This document shows positions 10,052 through 21,190 of a stretch of 64,000 bases of DNA, one piece after another. Origin of the DNA: Thermoanaerobaculia bacterium. Its GTDB lineage: Bacteria; Acidobacteriota; Thermoanaerobaculia; Multivoradales; Multivoraceae. The notes below the pieces were generated by a model. It was not told where the DNA came from. It did no database searches and saw only the letters and a list, made by a program, of their open reading frames with translations. Made by a program: the position numbers and the translations under genes. Each line of letters begins with the position of its first letter. Position 1 is the first letter of the stretch. The DNA is taken from positions 2,240,001 through 2,304,000 of the forward strand of contig OY761158.1 of the NCBI GenBank assembly GCA_963664405.1, written 5' to 3'.

Positions 10052-10195
10052 AGCCACTCGGCTACCGCGAGGACCCACGTTCCGGATTCCTGGTTGGAGG
10101 CCTGGTACGCGGGGGGCTCGACCGGGTTGCCCTGGAGACCTGGCTACGCGGAGTCGTCGTGAGACTCGATTGAGTCGGGCCTCTCTGTTGGGGAG

Positions 10196-10981
10196 TTACT
10201 GGCACGGAAAGGCCTGGGTTCGGCCCGCAGATTGCGGCAGGTTCCGCGCCGGGTTGATCCACTCATCCTCGAGGCCCGTCGTCATCTGGGTGACAGTGAT
10301 GTGGGTGGCCGCGTTTGTGAGCCCACCATAGAAGACCCAGTAGAAGTGAAGAGGATGCCCGGGCGGGAAACCGCAGCCATCGACCATCTTGACTCCGACC
10401 TCGAAGTTGCCGACATCGAAGGACTCGAAAAAAACCGCCTGAGTGGATTCGGCCCGTCCTGAGGGGAAGCTCATCACCCGGGTCGGGAAGATCTCCGGGG
10501 GATCGGCGAAGCTCGTCATCTCGCCTTCGACCTTGAAGCGGCCGCCGATGAGGCAAGCCGTCTCGTCGCCGGCGAGGCAGACTTCGAGCGGTGCCCCGGC
10601 GATACAGGGGAAGGCCGCGGTGTCACCCAGGGTCTGGGGAAAGGAGCGCGCGGGGTTGGTCCAGGTGTAGACCTGGCCGGTGACAGTGTCGGTGATGCGC
10701 ATCTCGGTGCCAGCATTGGTGAGACCACCGAAGAAAGCCCAGTAGTTGTGAAGGGAGTGGCCCTCGGGGAAGCCGCAGCCGTTGACCATCTTGACTCCGA
10801 CCTCGAAGTTTCCGGCGTCGAAGGACTCGAAGAAGACCGCCTGATCGGACTCGGCGCGGCCCGAGGGGAAGGTCATCACCCGGGTGGTGAAGTCCACAGG
10901 CGGGTCGGCGAAGTTCTGCATCGAGCCTTCGACCTTGAACAGACCGTCGAACAGACAAGCCGTCTCGGGACCGGCGACGCA
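10196..10981 (-). repeat. 786-bp tandem C-terminal domain cassette, copy A
   Basis: Same length as and highly similar to 14458-15243; 10452-10531 is identical to 14714-14793. Confidence 0.9.
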
Positions 10982-13900
10982 AGGCTCGAGGCCGGGTTGC
11001 GACGTGGCGTAGAGCTCCTGACCGTGGAGGACGACGACGCCGGCGGCGTGGTCGACATCGTCGGAGCCTGCGCCCGAGGCGAAAAAGCTGAGCCGCACGA
11101 CATCGGAGGGATCGAGCATGGGAAAGCTCGCGGCCAGCGGCCGGCGGTCGAAGGTGTAGCTCGAGCCGGTGAGATTCCGTTGGTCGAGGACGAAGCCGGG
11201 AATCATCGTCGTGACATGGGTACTTGCCCCCGAAAGGCCCGGAGGAGCCGAGGCCTCGATCTCGACCGTCTCCCAGCGGCCGACGGTCGACTCAGGAGGA
11301 AGGGCGAAGGTCACGGGCTCGCTGTCCACCCGGACGACATAGACCGAGAAGCTGCCATCGGCGGTCCCCAGCAAGTCGCCGGTCGGGAAAGGCTCGGTCA
11401 CCTGGCCGGCGGAGGTCTTGCCGTCGAAGACGACCTTCGTCGCGACCTCCCAGCGACCGGGCTGGTCAACCGTGAAGTCGTCGCCCGGCCGATAGTAGTA
11501 GCCGACACGGTTGGCCCGGCCGGCGAAGTCAAGGCGCGCGCCGCCGGGCTTCGTCACGGTGTACTCCACTCTCGCCGGAACAGGAGGCGCAACCGCGCCG
11601 GTGAGAGCAAAGCGGTTGCCGATCTCGAGCACGCTGCCGGGGCGGGTGCCGGTGAGATGAACAAAGAGGTCGACCTCGCGCCCCCTTAGGGTCAGGATCG
11701 GCCCGCCGCTGGGTCCGCCGCCGTTGCCCTGGAATGGAGGAAAGGTGCGTGTGCCGCCGCCGGTCGGGTCCTGCTCGAGGTTGGGCACGAGCACGAAGAG
11801 CGAACCGTAGATCGCGTACTGCGGCTCCAAGATGGCGTCGCCGTAGATGGCAAGGCCGCCGTACTGGAGCTTGAAGTCTCCCGGCAGATCTCCTTCGGGC
11901 CCAACGCCGATCTGACGCCCGTACTCTGCGAAGAAGCGCCAATAGAGACTCGGCATCCCGCTCTCGCCGATCTGCTCCCGCACCCGCACCAGCGGGCGCT
12001 GCACCGAGCGGTAAGTGTAAGCCCAGAGATCGATCTTGGAGGGCTCGACCTGGGGATCGATCCCCGACGCAGTACTCGACCACAGAGGCATCTCGCCGAA
12101 CGCCCTTTCTTGGACGAGCTGCGTCTGATGACGACTGATGAGGAGGCTGTCGATCTGGCCGCTCGGATCCTGGAAGCGCAGCTGCGGGATGGCAGCATCG
12201 TCTTTCTCCTGCCAAGAGATGTCGCCGCTATGGAAGGGATAGTTGACATGTTCACCTCTGGGCTGACCGAGCTGGGTGCCGAAGAACCACTGTGGGCCGA
12301 ACTCCGGGACGTCGGCACCGCGGCGCCCGCGCGCGATGAGCAGCGGATCGGGCGGGGCAACGACTCCGCCCCAGGTGCGAGCACCCGCCCACAGGTGGCC
12401 GGACTCGGACTCGAAGGTGGCGCTCACATCGATCCGATACTCCCCCGCCTGTTCGAGCGAGATGGGCTCCGACGGCTGGAAATAACCGAAGCGGTTGGTG
12501 CGCCCTCGTACGACGCGCTCGACCATGGCGTCGGAATCGGAGCCTGGGGCGAGTTGGAAGCGTACTTCGACGTCGGCCGACATCGGCGGAGTCACCAGGA
12601 GACCCGCATTCAGAAAGTCGCCGACCTCGAAGGGGGTACCGGGCAGAACAGCAGTGTCGAGGGAGAGGACTCGGCCCACCACGACGTCGTAAGTGCCTTC
12701 GATGGCGTAGACGTTGCCCCAGATGTCTTCGATCGATCCGCGTAACTCGATCTCATGGGGACCGTCTTCGGTGAAGGTGTGCTCGAAGCTCGGATCCATG
12801 GTCGACAGTTGGTAGACGTCGGTGATGTGCCCGCCGCCCTCATCCAAGGCTCTGCCATCTGCTCCTACCAGGGTACGGAGACGATCCTGAACGAAGGGCG
12901 CCGGGCCCAGGGTGGTCACTCCGCCGCCAGGCGCACGCACTTCGACGGTCAAGCTTCCCGAGGGGAAACGGAAGGGAATCGTCGGTGGAACCGGTGGTTG
13001 GCCACGGTCGCCGAGGCTGATCTCCGGAAGAAAGGGCTCGAGCCGGTAGCTCAGGCCCTGACCGGACCAGGGATCCCACCGCGGAACGACGAAGAGGTGG
13101 GACTGGGTCACAATGCGTTGGGCGAGACCGTAGCGGCCGCGGTCCTCTCTCGCCTCGGTCCCGCGCGTGCCGTTGCTCAGAGTGTCGGTCAAGAGGGTGA
13201 CGAAGAGTCTGGGTGCCGCCGGCTTGCCGACTCTTACCAGAGGGAGCTGGCCCTCGTTGTGCGGCTTTCGGCCGGGCTTGTCGACGACCAGAACGAGCTG
13301 GTCGACTGATGGATCCTGACAGAGAGAGCGGTCACCTTCGACGTAGAGAATAGGCTGATAGATCCCGTCGGGGAGATTCTGGTCGATCTCGAGCGATGTC
13401 TCGAGGTCGACCTCGAAACGGTCGGGCGCGACCTTGGTGAGATCCAAAAGCCCGAGGCCCACGCCCGGGACTGCGCCGAGAGGTCGACGCTCGACGGGGA
13501 ATTGCGTCGGAGTGGTGAACCAGGAGCTGAAGAAGCTCCTCGGTGGACCGCCGTAGCCATCGGGGCCGTGATACAGATCGAGCCGCAAGAAGACGTCGGC
13601 CTGAAGAGTATTCAAACTCTCCAAGGCAGGCGACTCGAAGATCAGCTTTCCACTCAGCTCGAGGTCGTCCCCCTTCTTCAGCACATTGCTGCTCAGCGTA
13701 CCCTCGAAACGATAGGTCGGTAGCTGCGGATTGCAGAAGCTGCCGACACCGGCGAAGGGGACCCCGTCGTCGTTGGGCGACGGCTCGGGAACGCGCACGA
13801 TCGTCCCTGGCATCGCCGCAGCGTTGCCCTCGCCGCCGCCGAAAGGCTCCCCGAGCACGCTCCCGATAACGATGCCGACCGGGTCGGACTTGATGAACAG

Positions 13901-14467
13901 CGAAGCACCGGAGCCGGCCCGGTGCTCGGTATCAAAGGCGCCAGAGGCGTCGGCCTGGACCCACGATGTATGGCCGGTGTCGAGGGTGAAGATCACGACA
14001 TAGCCATCGGCTTCGACCGCGCCGGCGACTCCCCGCACCCGTACCCAACCGTCCCCATGGGTCGACGGCAAAATATCGATGAGCGCCCCCCTCGGCGGCC
14101 GGTCGGGGAAAAACTCGAAGGGCTCGCGGCGGACTTCGACAATGAGGCCCGAAACATCCGCTCCGGGGACCTCGAGTCGCTGCAGGCTCACGTTGTAGGG
14201 AAGCCCCGCGTCCACCGCGAGGGTGTAGGTCCCGGGCTCGACTTCGAGGTCGAAGCCTCCGTCGTCTCCCGAGTTGACGCCGTCGCCGTGGACGCAGCAG
14301 CTCTCTAGAGTAAGTGAGACGAGCCTTACCGCGGCGTCGGCTATGCCCTCCGCCTCCTCGTTCACCACCCGGCCCGAAACGTGAGTCAGGCCACCGGAAG
14401 GAGTCGGAGTCGCGAGTACTGCGACGAGGACCAGAGCCGAGCGAGTCGCGGGTCGGCCTAATCGCAT
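10196..14467 (-). CDS. Large secreted protein: carboxypeptidase-regulatory-like N-domain, unknown core, two tandem Cys-bounded C-terminal domains
   Basis: Signal peptide MRLGRPATRSALVLVAVLA; VSGRVV..GIADAAV..GGF..VEPGTY; start ATG 14467 overlaps the upstream stop; paralogous to 14458-18790. Confidence 0.8.
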   Translation of the reverse strand: MRLGRPATRSALVLVAVLATPTPSGGLTHVSGRVVNEEAEGIADAAVRLVSLTLESCCVHGDGVNSGDDGGFDLEVEPGTYTLAVDAGLPYNVSLQRLEVPGADVSGLIVEVRREPFEFFPDRPPRGALIDILPSTHGDGWVRVRGVAGAVEADGYVVIFTLDTGHTSWVQADASGAFDTEHRAGSGASLFIKSDPVGIVIGSVLGEPFGGGEGNAAAMPGTIVRVPEPSPNDDGVPFAGVGSFCNPQLPTYRFEGTLSSNVLKKGDDLELSGKLIFESPALESLNTLQADVFLRLDLYHGPDGYGGPPRSFFSSWFTTPTQFPVERRPLGAVPGVGLGLLDLTKVAPDRFEVDLETSLEIDQNLPDGIYQPILYVEGDRSLCQDPSVDQLVLVVDKPGRKPHNEGQLPLVRVGKPAAPRLFVTLLTDTLSNGTRGTEAREDRGRYGLAQRIVTQSHLFVVPRWDPWSGQGLSYRLEPFLPEISLGDRGQPPVPPTIPFRFPSGSLTVEVRAPGGGVTTLGPAPFVQDRLRTLVGADGRALDEGGGHITDVYQLSTMDPSFEHTFTEDGPHEIELRGSIEDIWGNVYAIEGTYDVVVGRVLSLDTAVLPGTPFEVGDFLNAGLLVTPPMSADVEVRFQLAPGSDSDAMVERVVRGRTNRFGYFQPSEPISLEQAGEYRIDVSATFESESGHLWAGARTWGGVVAPPDPLLIARGRRGADVPEFGPQWFFGTQLGQPRGEHVNYPFHSGDISWQEKDDAAIPQLRFQDPSGQIDSLLISRHQTQLVQERAFGEMPLWSSTASGIDPQVEPSKIDLWAYTYRSVQRPLVRVREQIGESGMPSLYWRFFAEYGRQIGVGPEGDLPGDFKLQYGGLAIYGDAILEPQYAIYGSLFVLVPNLEQDPTGGGTRTFPPFQGNGGGPSGGPILTLRGREVDLFVHLTGTRPGSVLEIGNRFALTGAVAPPVPARVEYTVTKPGGARLDFAGRANRVGYYYRPGDDFTVDQPGRWEVATKVVFDGKTSAGQVTEPFPTGDLLGTADGSFSVYVVRVDSEPVTFALPPESTVGRWETVEIEASAPPGLSGASTHVTTMIPGFVLDQRNLTGSSYTFDRRPLAASFPMLDPSDVVRLSFFASGAGSDDVDHAAGVVVLHGQELYATSQPGLEPCVAGPETACLFDGLFKVEGSMQNFADPPVDFTTRVMTFPSGRAESDQAVFFESFDAGNFEVGVKMVNGCGFPEGHSLHNYWAFFGGLTNAGTEMRITDTVTGQVYTWTNPARSFPQTLGDTAAFPCIAGAPLEVCLAGDETACLIGGRFKVEGEMTSFADPPEIFPTRVMSFPSGRAESTQAVFFESFDVGNFEVGVKMVDGCGFPPGHPLHFYWVFYGGLTNAATHITVTQMTTGLEDEWINPARNLPQSAGRTQAFPCQ

Positions 14468-15243
14468 CGAAACGCCTGGGTCCGGCCTACCGATAGCGGG
14501 AGGTTGCGCGCCGAGTTGATCCATTCATCTTCGAGACCGGTCGTCGTCTGGGTAGTAGTGATCCGAGTGGCGGCGTTGGTGAGCCCGCCGTAGAAGACCC
14601 AATAGAAGTGAAGAGGATGTCCGGGCGGGAAACCGCAGCCATCGACCATCTTGACTCCGACCTCGAAGTTGCCGACATTGAAGGACTCGAAAAAAACCGC
14701 CTGGGTGGACTCTGCCCGTCCTGAGGGGAAGCTCATCACCCGGGTCGGGAAGATCTCCGGGGGATCGGCGAAGCTCGTCATCTCGCCTTCGACTCTGAAG
14801 CGGCCGCCGATGAGGCAGGCGGTCTCCTCCCCGCCGACGCAAGCCTCGACCGGTGCCCCGGCGATACAGGGGAAGGCCGCGGTGTCACCAAGGGTCTGGG
14901 GAAAGGAGCGGGCGGGATTGGACCAGGAGTAGACCTGGCCGGTGACAGTGTCGGTGATGCGCATCTCGGTGGCGGCGTTGGTGAGGCCGCCGAAGAAGGC
15001 CCAGTAGTTGTGGAGGGAGTGGCCTTCGGGGAAGCCGCAGCCGTTGACCATCTTGACTCCGACCTCGAAATTGCCGGCGTCGAAAGACTCGAAGAAGACG
15101 GCCTGGTCGGACTCGGCACGGCTACCTGGGAAGCTCATCACCCGGGTCGTGAAGTCCACCGGCGGGTTGGCGAAGTTCTGCATCGAGCCCTCGACCTTGA
15201 ACAAGCCGTCGAAGAGGCAGGCGGTCTCGGGGCCGGGGACGCA
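14458..15243 (-). repeat. 786-bp tandem C-terminal domain cassette, copy B
   Basis: See copy A. Confidence 0.9.
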
Positions 15244-18200
15244 GGTTGTAGGGATGAACTGCTTGACGGGATCCAGGTTGAAGAGGTCCGGGCCGTGCAG
15301 GGTCAGGACACGAGCCGCGTAGCCGTCGAGCGCCCCGCCGGCGACCCTACCGAAGAGGCTTATGGTGATCACGTCGACGAGGTCGTTGTCCAGCATGGTG
15401 AAGACCTGGTTGTAGTGGAACGGAGAGTAGGAGATATGGGCTGCTCCGTTTTGGATCGCCAGCTCTTTCTCGTCGAGACGGAACCCCGGCATCATCACCG
15501 TGGCCCGTGCCTCTTGCAGGGGCGAGCCTCCTGGACCTTTGACCGTCGCCTCGAACGGAAGCTGCTCGGGTCTGACCACGGTGTGCTCGGGCTGGTCGCT
15601 CGACAGTAGTGGGCTATCCGGCGTCACGACGTAGACCACGAAGCTGCCATCGGCCGCACCCAGCACGGAGCCGGTCGGGAAGGGTTCGGTCACCAGGCCG
15701 GCAGAGGTGGTGCTGTCGAAGAGCACCTGCAGATCGACGAGATAAGGCCCGGGCTCTTCGACCACGAAGTCATCGCTCGGATCGTAGTAGTAGCCGACGC
15801 GATTCGCCTGCCCCGTGAAAGCTCTGGGCGGGCCGGTCGGCGGAGCTACGGTGTAGCTCAGCTTGGCCGGTAGTGGCGGTCCGATGGCGCCGGCGAGGGA
15901 AAAGACGTCTCCCACCTCGAGAACGCTCCCTGGCCGCACGCCGGTGAGATAGATGAAGAGATCGATCTCCTGCCCTCCCAGGGTCATGATCGGACCGCCG
16001 CTGGGACCGCCGCCGTTGCCCTGAAAAGGCGGGAAAGTGCGAGAGCCGCCTACGGCATCGCCTCCCTCGGGAATCTCGATAAAGAGCGAGCCGTAAATGG
16101 CGTACTGCGGCCCGTCCACTGCCGGTCCGCGCATCACCAGGCCGCCATACTGGAACTTGATCTCGTTGACCCGGTCGCCGCCGGGCCCGACACCGATCTG
16201 ATCGCCGTACTGCTCCTCGAAGCGCCAGTACAAGTCCTTGACTTCCTCGGTGATCTCTTCGCGCACGCGCACCAGGGGACGCTGCACCGACTTGTAGCTG
16301 TACGACCAGAGATCGACTTTCGAAACGTCGAAATGCACGTCGAGCTGTTCTGGGTGTCCCGACTTGAGAAGTGTGGCTCCGACGGCGATTCGCTCTTCCA
16401 AGGTCCCCGGCCCGGGGCATGCGGCATGCTTCTGTTGAGGTCGTTCGAGAACCGCTCGCGGATAAGATCCGCGTACTTTCCACCGGGATCCTGAAAGGTG
16501 ATCTGCGGCAGCACCGAGTCCCCCCGTTCCATCCACAGGACGTCTCCCGAGTGGAAGGGGAAGGGGAAGTGGTTGCCCGTCTCCAGGCCCAAATCCGAGC
16601 GAAAAAACCACTGTTGGCCGATCTCGGGAGAGTCGTCGATACCGCGTCTGCCGTGGGCGATGAGCTTCGGCTGTTGCGGCGCCACCACACCGCCCCAGGT
16701 CCTCGACGTCATCCACAGGTCGCCCGAGGAGTCCTTGTATCGGGCCGTGACATCGACTCGATACTCCCCGGCCTGATCCAGCGGGATTCCGCCCTCTTGC
16801 GGGAAAAAGTAGCCGAAACGATTGGCGGAGCCCACGATCGTCTTCTCGACCATTCGCATCGGATCGGAATCGGGCGCCAGCCGGTAGCGCAGCTCGACGA
16901 CGGCCGGCACGGCAGGACTCACCCTCAGCCCGCGGTGCAACACGTCGCCGACCTCGAAAACGGCACCAGGTAGAACGGCTGTCTCGATGGCGAGCGGGTT
17001 CGCCACCCAGACCTCGTAGGTTCCCCCCCCTGACCACTTGTTGCCCTGTGTGTCCTCGATCTCTCCTTGGAGGAAGATCTGGTGCAGGCCGTCCTCTTCG
17101 AACTCGATCTCGAAGCCGGAGTCTCCGGTGGAGATCTCGTAGATATCGGTCATCGAGGCCCCCCAACGGACAGCCAAAACCCTTCCTCGACCTTGGCCGG
17201 CGAGATCGACCGCGACTGGACGAAGGGAGAGGGTCCGGCGCCACGTTGGCTGCCGTCAGGCGCCTCGACTCGGAGAGTCAGAAAGCCGGAAGGGAAGCGG
17301 AACGGAACCAGCGGCGGTGTTGGCAGCTGGCGCTCGCCATGGCTGATGGTCGGCAGGAATGGCTCGATGCGGTAGGCACGGGGGCTCCCCGTTCTCGGGT
17401 TCAGACGCGGCACGACGAAGGTGTCGGTCTCGGTGGCGATGCGACTCGCCAGGCCGAAGGAGTCGCGATCCTCGACAGACGTCAGGCCTCGGGTGCCGTT
17501 GGTAAAATGGTTCGCGAGGATCATCCAGGACAGTCGCGGCGGTGCAGGCTCCCCGACGCGCAGGATCGGCAGGTGATCAGAGTGGCGATCCCGATTGGTG
17601 GACAGAACACCCACGTAGGGAGCCGTGTCGATGCCCGAAAGGAAGAGAGAGAGGGTCGGGCGGTAGATGCCGGGGCTGGCCTGCGCCGGGATCGTGATCT
17701 CCAGATCGAGCTCGCCCTCCCATCGATTCCCTGTCCGTTCGACCGCGATCTCGAACCGGCTCTCGAAGCCGCCGTACTGGTCGGTGCTCTCTATGAGGTG
17801 ACCTCGCTCTACCGGAAAGCCGGTCGGCGTAGTGGTGGTCGAGAAGAACTTCGCGTTCGCGGACACCTCGCGCCCGCTCTCGTCCGTCAACCGCTGGGTC
17901 CTCACCCAACCTCCCAAAGAGAGGCTCGGGGCGTTCGAGTCGGCGAGCCGGTAGAGACGGAGTTGCGCGAGCACATGGATCGTCTGGCCGGGACCGAGCT
18001 CGACCCGATCCAGGCTACCGCTGAGGAGCCAGGCTCCGCCGCTCTCAATGCCGCCCCGCGCGACGAAGTCGAGACCGGTCCCGCCGGTCTCCTCGGGTAC
18101 TCGGACGATGGGCGCCGGCAGGGTGTTGATGAAGGAGATGTCGGTGACGCCGGAGCTCTTCGCACCGTGCTCGAGCCGGAACGCACTCCTCCCCAGGGGG

Positions 18201-18790
18201 TCCGACTTCACGACCAGGTGGGTACCCGGCAGCCCGAAGATCTCGGTCTCGAAGGAGCCGTCCGCCAAGGCTTCGACCATCACCATATCGGTCGTATGGA
18301 GACTTCCCAGGATCACGAAGGCGCCAGAAGAGACCGCGCCGGGTTGCCCGGTGACGGTGGCGAGGCCAGCCTCGTCCGGAGGCGAAGCTGAGATCAGGTC
18401 GGCGCGAGGGGGTCGATCGGCAACGTAGGTACCCGGCCCGGCACGAACCACCAGCGCGACGCCCGAGACACTCCCACTCGTTGCGTCTACCCGCAGCCGA
18501 GATGGGTCGTACGGCGCCTTGGGCCACGCGGAAACCACGTAGCGACCGGCTGGTACTGCTACCTCGAAGAAGCCATCTCCGTCAGTGAAGGTCCTAGGGC
18601 CCTGTGGAATCCCGACTCCCTCCCCGATGATGTCGACCTCGACGAACGGGAGCAGGTCGCCCGATTCGGTCCGCACGGTGCCCGAGATCGTGGCCTGCGC
18701 TATCACCGCCGGCGTGGGCAGGCAGATCGCAACGCCAAGCATCAGCCAAAGCGGGAGGGCTCGTGTCCTGTGTGGCAAACGGATGCTCAC
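14458..18790 (-). pseudogene. Paralog of 10196-14467, split by two 1-nt frameshifts (possibly assembly errors)
   Basis: ORF pieces 17150-18790, 16134-17177 and 14458-17244 align consecutively with the paralog; adding one base to the run at 17159-17164 and one near 16411-16417 restores a single ORF. Confidence 0.8.
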
Positions 18791-18957
18791 AGGGCTCCAC
18801 AGGGGGAGTCCCTATGCTCTCGGTGGTGGCCTCGAGCGGCTTCGAGGCAGAGCGTCACTGCGCTCTGATGAGTCCGCTCCACAATTACGACGGTGATGTG
18901 GGAGATTATATCGCCGGACGCAACGTCCCGACTCGACCGTCGAACCTCAGACGGGTC

Positions 18958-21099
18958 CTAGGGACAGGTTGAGAACGCAGCGGTGTCCTGAACGGGATCG
19001 AAAGGACTCTTCTGGGGATTGCGATAGACGCGGATATCGCCCGTCGAGGTATCGATCACGATGAGCTCGACCTCGACGTCGGTAAGACCGGCGGCAAAGA
19101 CCCAGTAGCGGCCGTTGACGCCGCAACCGTCAAGGACCTTGACCACTACCTCGATGTTCTCGGGCGCGAAGAACCAAAAAGTCCCGGTATCCTCGGTGAG
19201 CTCCGATGCCTGACCCGCGCCACTGTCGCCCTCGACCGTCGCCCAGGAGGCTTCGACTCGGAAGCGATCGTCGTTCAAACACAGGGTCGTGGCGTCTTCT
19301 TCGCAACTCGTCGCGCCGCGTGGCAGGGAGCGCAGGAAGTCGACGAGGTCGGCGAGCTCGGCACCAGTGAGGTGAGAGGTAACGCCATGGCGATCCTCGG
19401 GATTCTTGGCGCCTGGAACGTCGAGCAGGCTGCCGGCACTCCCATCGTGCAAATAGGGTGCGGTGCCGTGGACACCGCGCAGGCTCGGGGTGTCGAAAAA
19501 CGAGCCCTTGGTCTCTTTGGGACTCGAAGCGGTGCCGACATCGTGCCTCTGACGATCGGTGTAGAGAGGTGGTGGATGGCACTCGGCGCAGCCTACGGCG
19601 GGATCGCCGAATAGAACCTGTCCCCTGGTTGCGCCCTCGCCGAGCTCGCCGGTATCCAGGAGGAAGGGACTGGGTCGCGTGACGAGGAACTCCATGTATG
19701 CAGCGAGGTCATCGAGATCCCGACTCCGGCCGGCGTTGGGCGGGCCTTGATCGCACGCTGGGTCACAGCCGTCGGGACCTGGCACGAGGCCAGTCCCCGC
19801 CTGGATGTTGCGCACCGTCGACTCGACATCGTGGAGCTCGTCGAGATCTCCCGACCAATGAACCGGCCGAGTGTCGCGAACGCCGAGCAAGCTCGGCGTG
19901 TTGCGGGGCCCGTCGGTGAAAAACCAGGTGCGGCCATCCATCTCGGCATCGGGGTGACACACCTCGCACGAGATCCACTGATCTTTCGCAAGATCGCTAC
20001 GGTCGGAGCTGTTGAAGAGGATCTTGCCGGCCAGAACGGCAGGATCGAGGGGGATGTCGGTGACCACGATCTCGTCGATAACCACGTCGAGAGACGTGTC
20101 GACGACCGAGACCGAGCCGCCCAGCGTGTTGTTGACCCAGAGCGTCGCTTCGTCGGGCGACAGAGCAAGGCCGCGCGGATTGTCGCCGACCTCGATGTGG
20201 GCGACGCCGGTCCCGGTGGCGAGATCAACCACCGAAATGTCGTTGGACCCGGCGGCGAGGACGTAGAGCTTGCCGCTCGAAGTCAGGGCAACGTCGATCG
20301 GCATGTTGACCGGCTCGTCGGCGATGTCGAGAGCCAGGCGCTCCCTCAGAAGGTTCTGGCTCGTCGCCAGGTCGAGGACCGAGACGATGGGAAAGACCGT
20401 GGTGTCAAAGAGGAGGGCTTCGTTGGTGACGTTGGAACGGGTCTGGGGCAGGTACGCCCTGCCTGCCCCAGGGTCGAACAAGACACTCTGCGAGAGGTTG
20501 GTGTCGAGGCCGGTGGAGATTGTGCTCTCCACCTCCTCGATATCGACGTCGAGGACTGAGATCCGGCCGCTCAGGAAGTGGGTCACCCAGAGCCTTCCGT
20601 CCGGCGCCAAGGCGAGACCCCGAGGGCGATCCTCGGTCGGAACCACAGCGAGTAGGGAGCCGGTCGCGGAGTCGAGGGCCCGAACTTCGTCAACACCCTC
20701 GGCCGCGATCCACACTCGCCCGGTGCTTCCCACCACCACGCCGAAGGGCTGGTGTCCGACCGGGAAGGTGCCGTCGACTCGTCGCCCAGCCAGCTCGATC
20801 CGCGACACTGTGCCGTCGTCCCGGTTACTCACCCAGGCGAAGACACCGGCGGCATCCACGGCAACGACGCGAGGGTCCCGACCAACCTCGATCTCCGTCA
20901 GCAGCGCGCGGGCAGCGACATCGACCAAGGAGACCGAGCTCGAGTCGGAGTTCGCCACCACGACAGTCTCGCCATCGGGAGTCAAAGCGATGGCGCCGCC
21001 ACTCCGACTTCGAACGTCGGGGCTCGCGAGACAGAGCGTAGCGAACGCCGCGAGTGTGATCCGTACCACGCCGAGCCCGGCGCGACGGTGAGATCTCAT
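18958..21099 (-). CDS. Secreted YVTN-type beta-propeller + di-heme cytochrome c peroxidase-like domain + Cys-bounded C-terminal domain
   Basis: Repeats such as VVVANSDSSSVSLVD and VGDNPRGLAL; CEVCH, RNTPSL, CAECH, TPSLRG..TAPYLHDGS. Confidence 0.85.
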   Translation of the reverse strand: MRSHRRAGLGVVRITLAAFATLCLASPDVRSRSGGAIALTPDGETVVVANSDSSSVSLVDVAARALLTEIEVGRDPRVVAVDAAGVFAWVSNRDDGTVSRIELAGRRVDGTFPVGHQPFGVVVGSTGRVWIAAEGVDEVRALDSATGSLLAVVPTEDRPRGLALAPDGRLWVTHFLSGRISVLDVDIEEVESTISTGLDTNLSQSVLFDPGAGRAYLPQTRSNVTNEALLFDTTVFPIVSVLDLATSQNLLRERLALDIADEPVNMPIDVALTSSGKLYVLAAGSNDISVVDLATGTGVAHIEVGDNPRGLALSPDEATLWVNNTLGGSVSVVDTSLDVVIDEIVVTDIPLDPAVLAGKILFNSSDRSDLAKDQWISCEVCHPDAEMDGRTWFFTDGPRNTPSLLGVRDTRPVHWSGDLDELHDVESTVRNIQAGTGLVPGPDGCDPACDQGPPNAGRSRDLDDLAAYMEFLVTRPSPFLLDTGELGEGATRGQVLFGDPAVGCAECHPPPLYTDRQRHDVGTASSPKETKGSFFDTPSLRGVHGTAPYLHDGSAGSLLDVPGAKNPEDRHGVTSHLTGAELADLVDFLRSLPRGATSCEEDATTLCLNDDRFRVEASWATVEGDSGAGQASELTEDTGTFWFFAPENIEVVVKVLDGCGVNGRYWVFAAGLTDVEVELIVIDTSTGDIRVYRNPQKSPFDPVQDTAAFSTCP

Positions 21100-21190
21100 T
21101 GGCTCCTATTGTAGCGGCGCACCTCAGAAAAGCGCCGCTGGCGAATCTGAGATGGCCGCTGGCCAGCTTCGCGGTAGGCTGTAGCTTCCG

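Noticed and set aside
10052-10195. Coding-looking fragment between convergent genes
   Set aside because: It is too short, with no start and no recognisable motif.
10196-15243. DGR template/variable repeat pair
   Set aside because: No reverse transcriptase is present, both copies are coding, and the differences are mostly synonymous rather than adenine-specific.
17150-17177. Programmed ribosomal frameshift
   Set aside because: There is no canonical slippery heptamer, the paralog is continuous, and the same homopolymer pattern recurs in unrelated genes.
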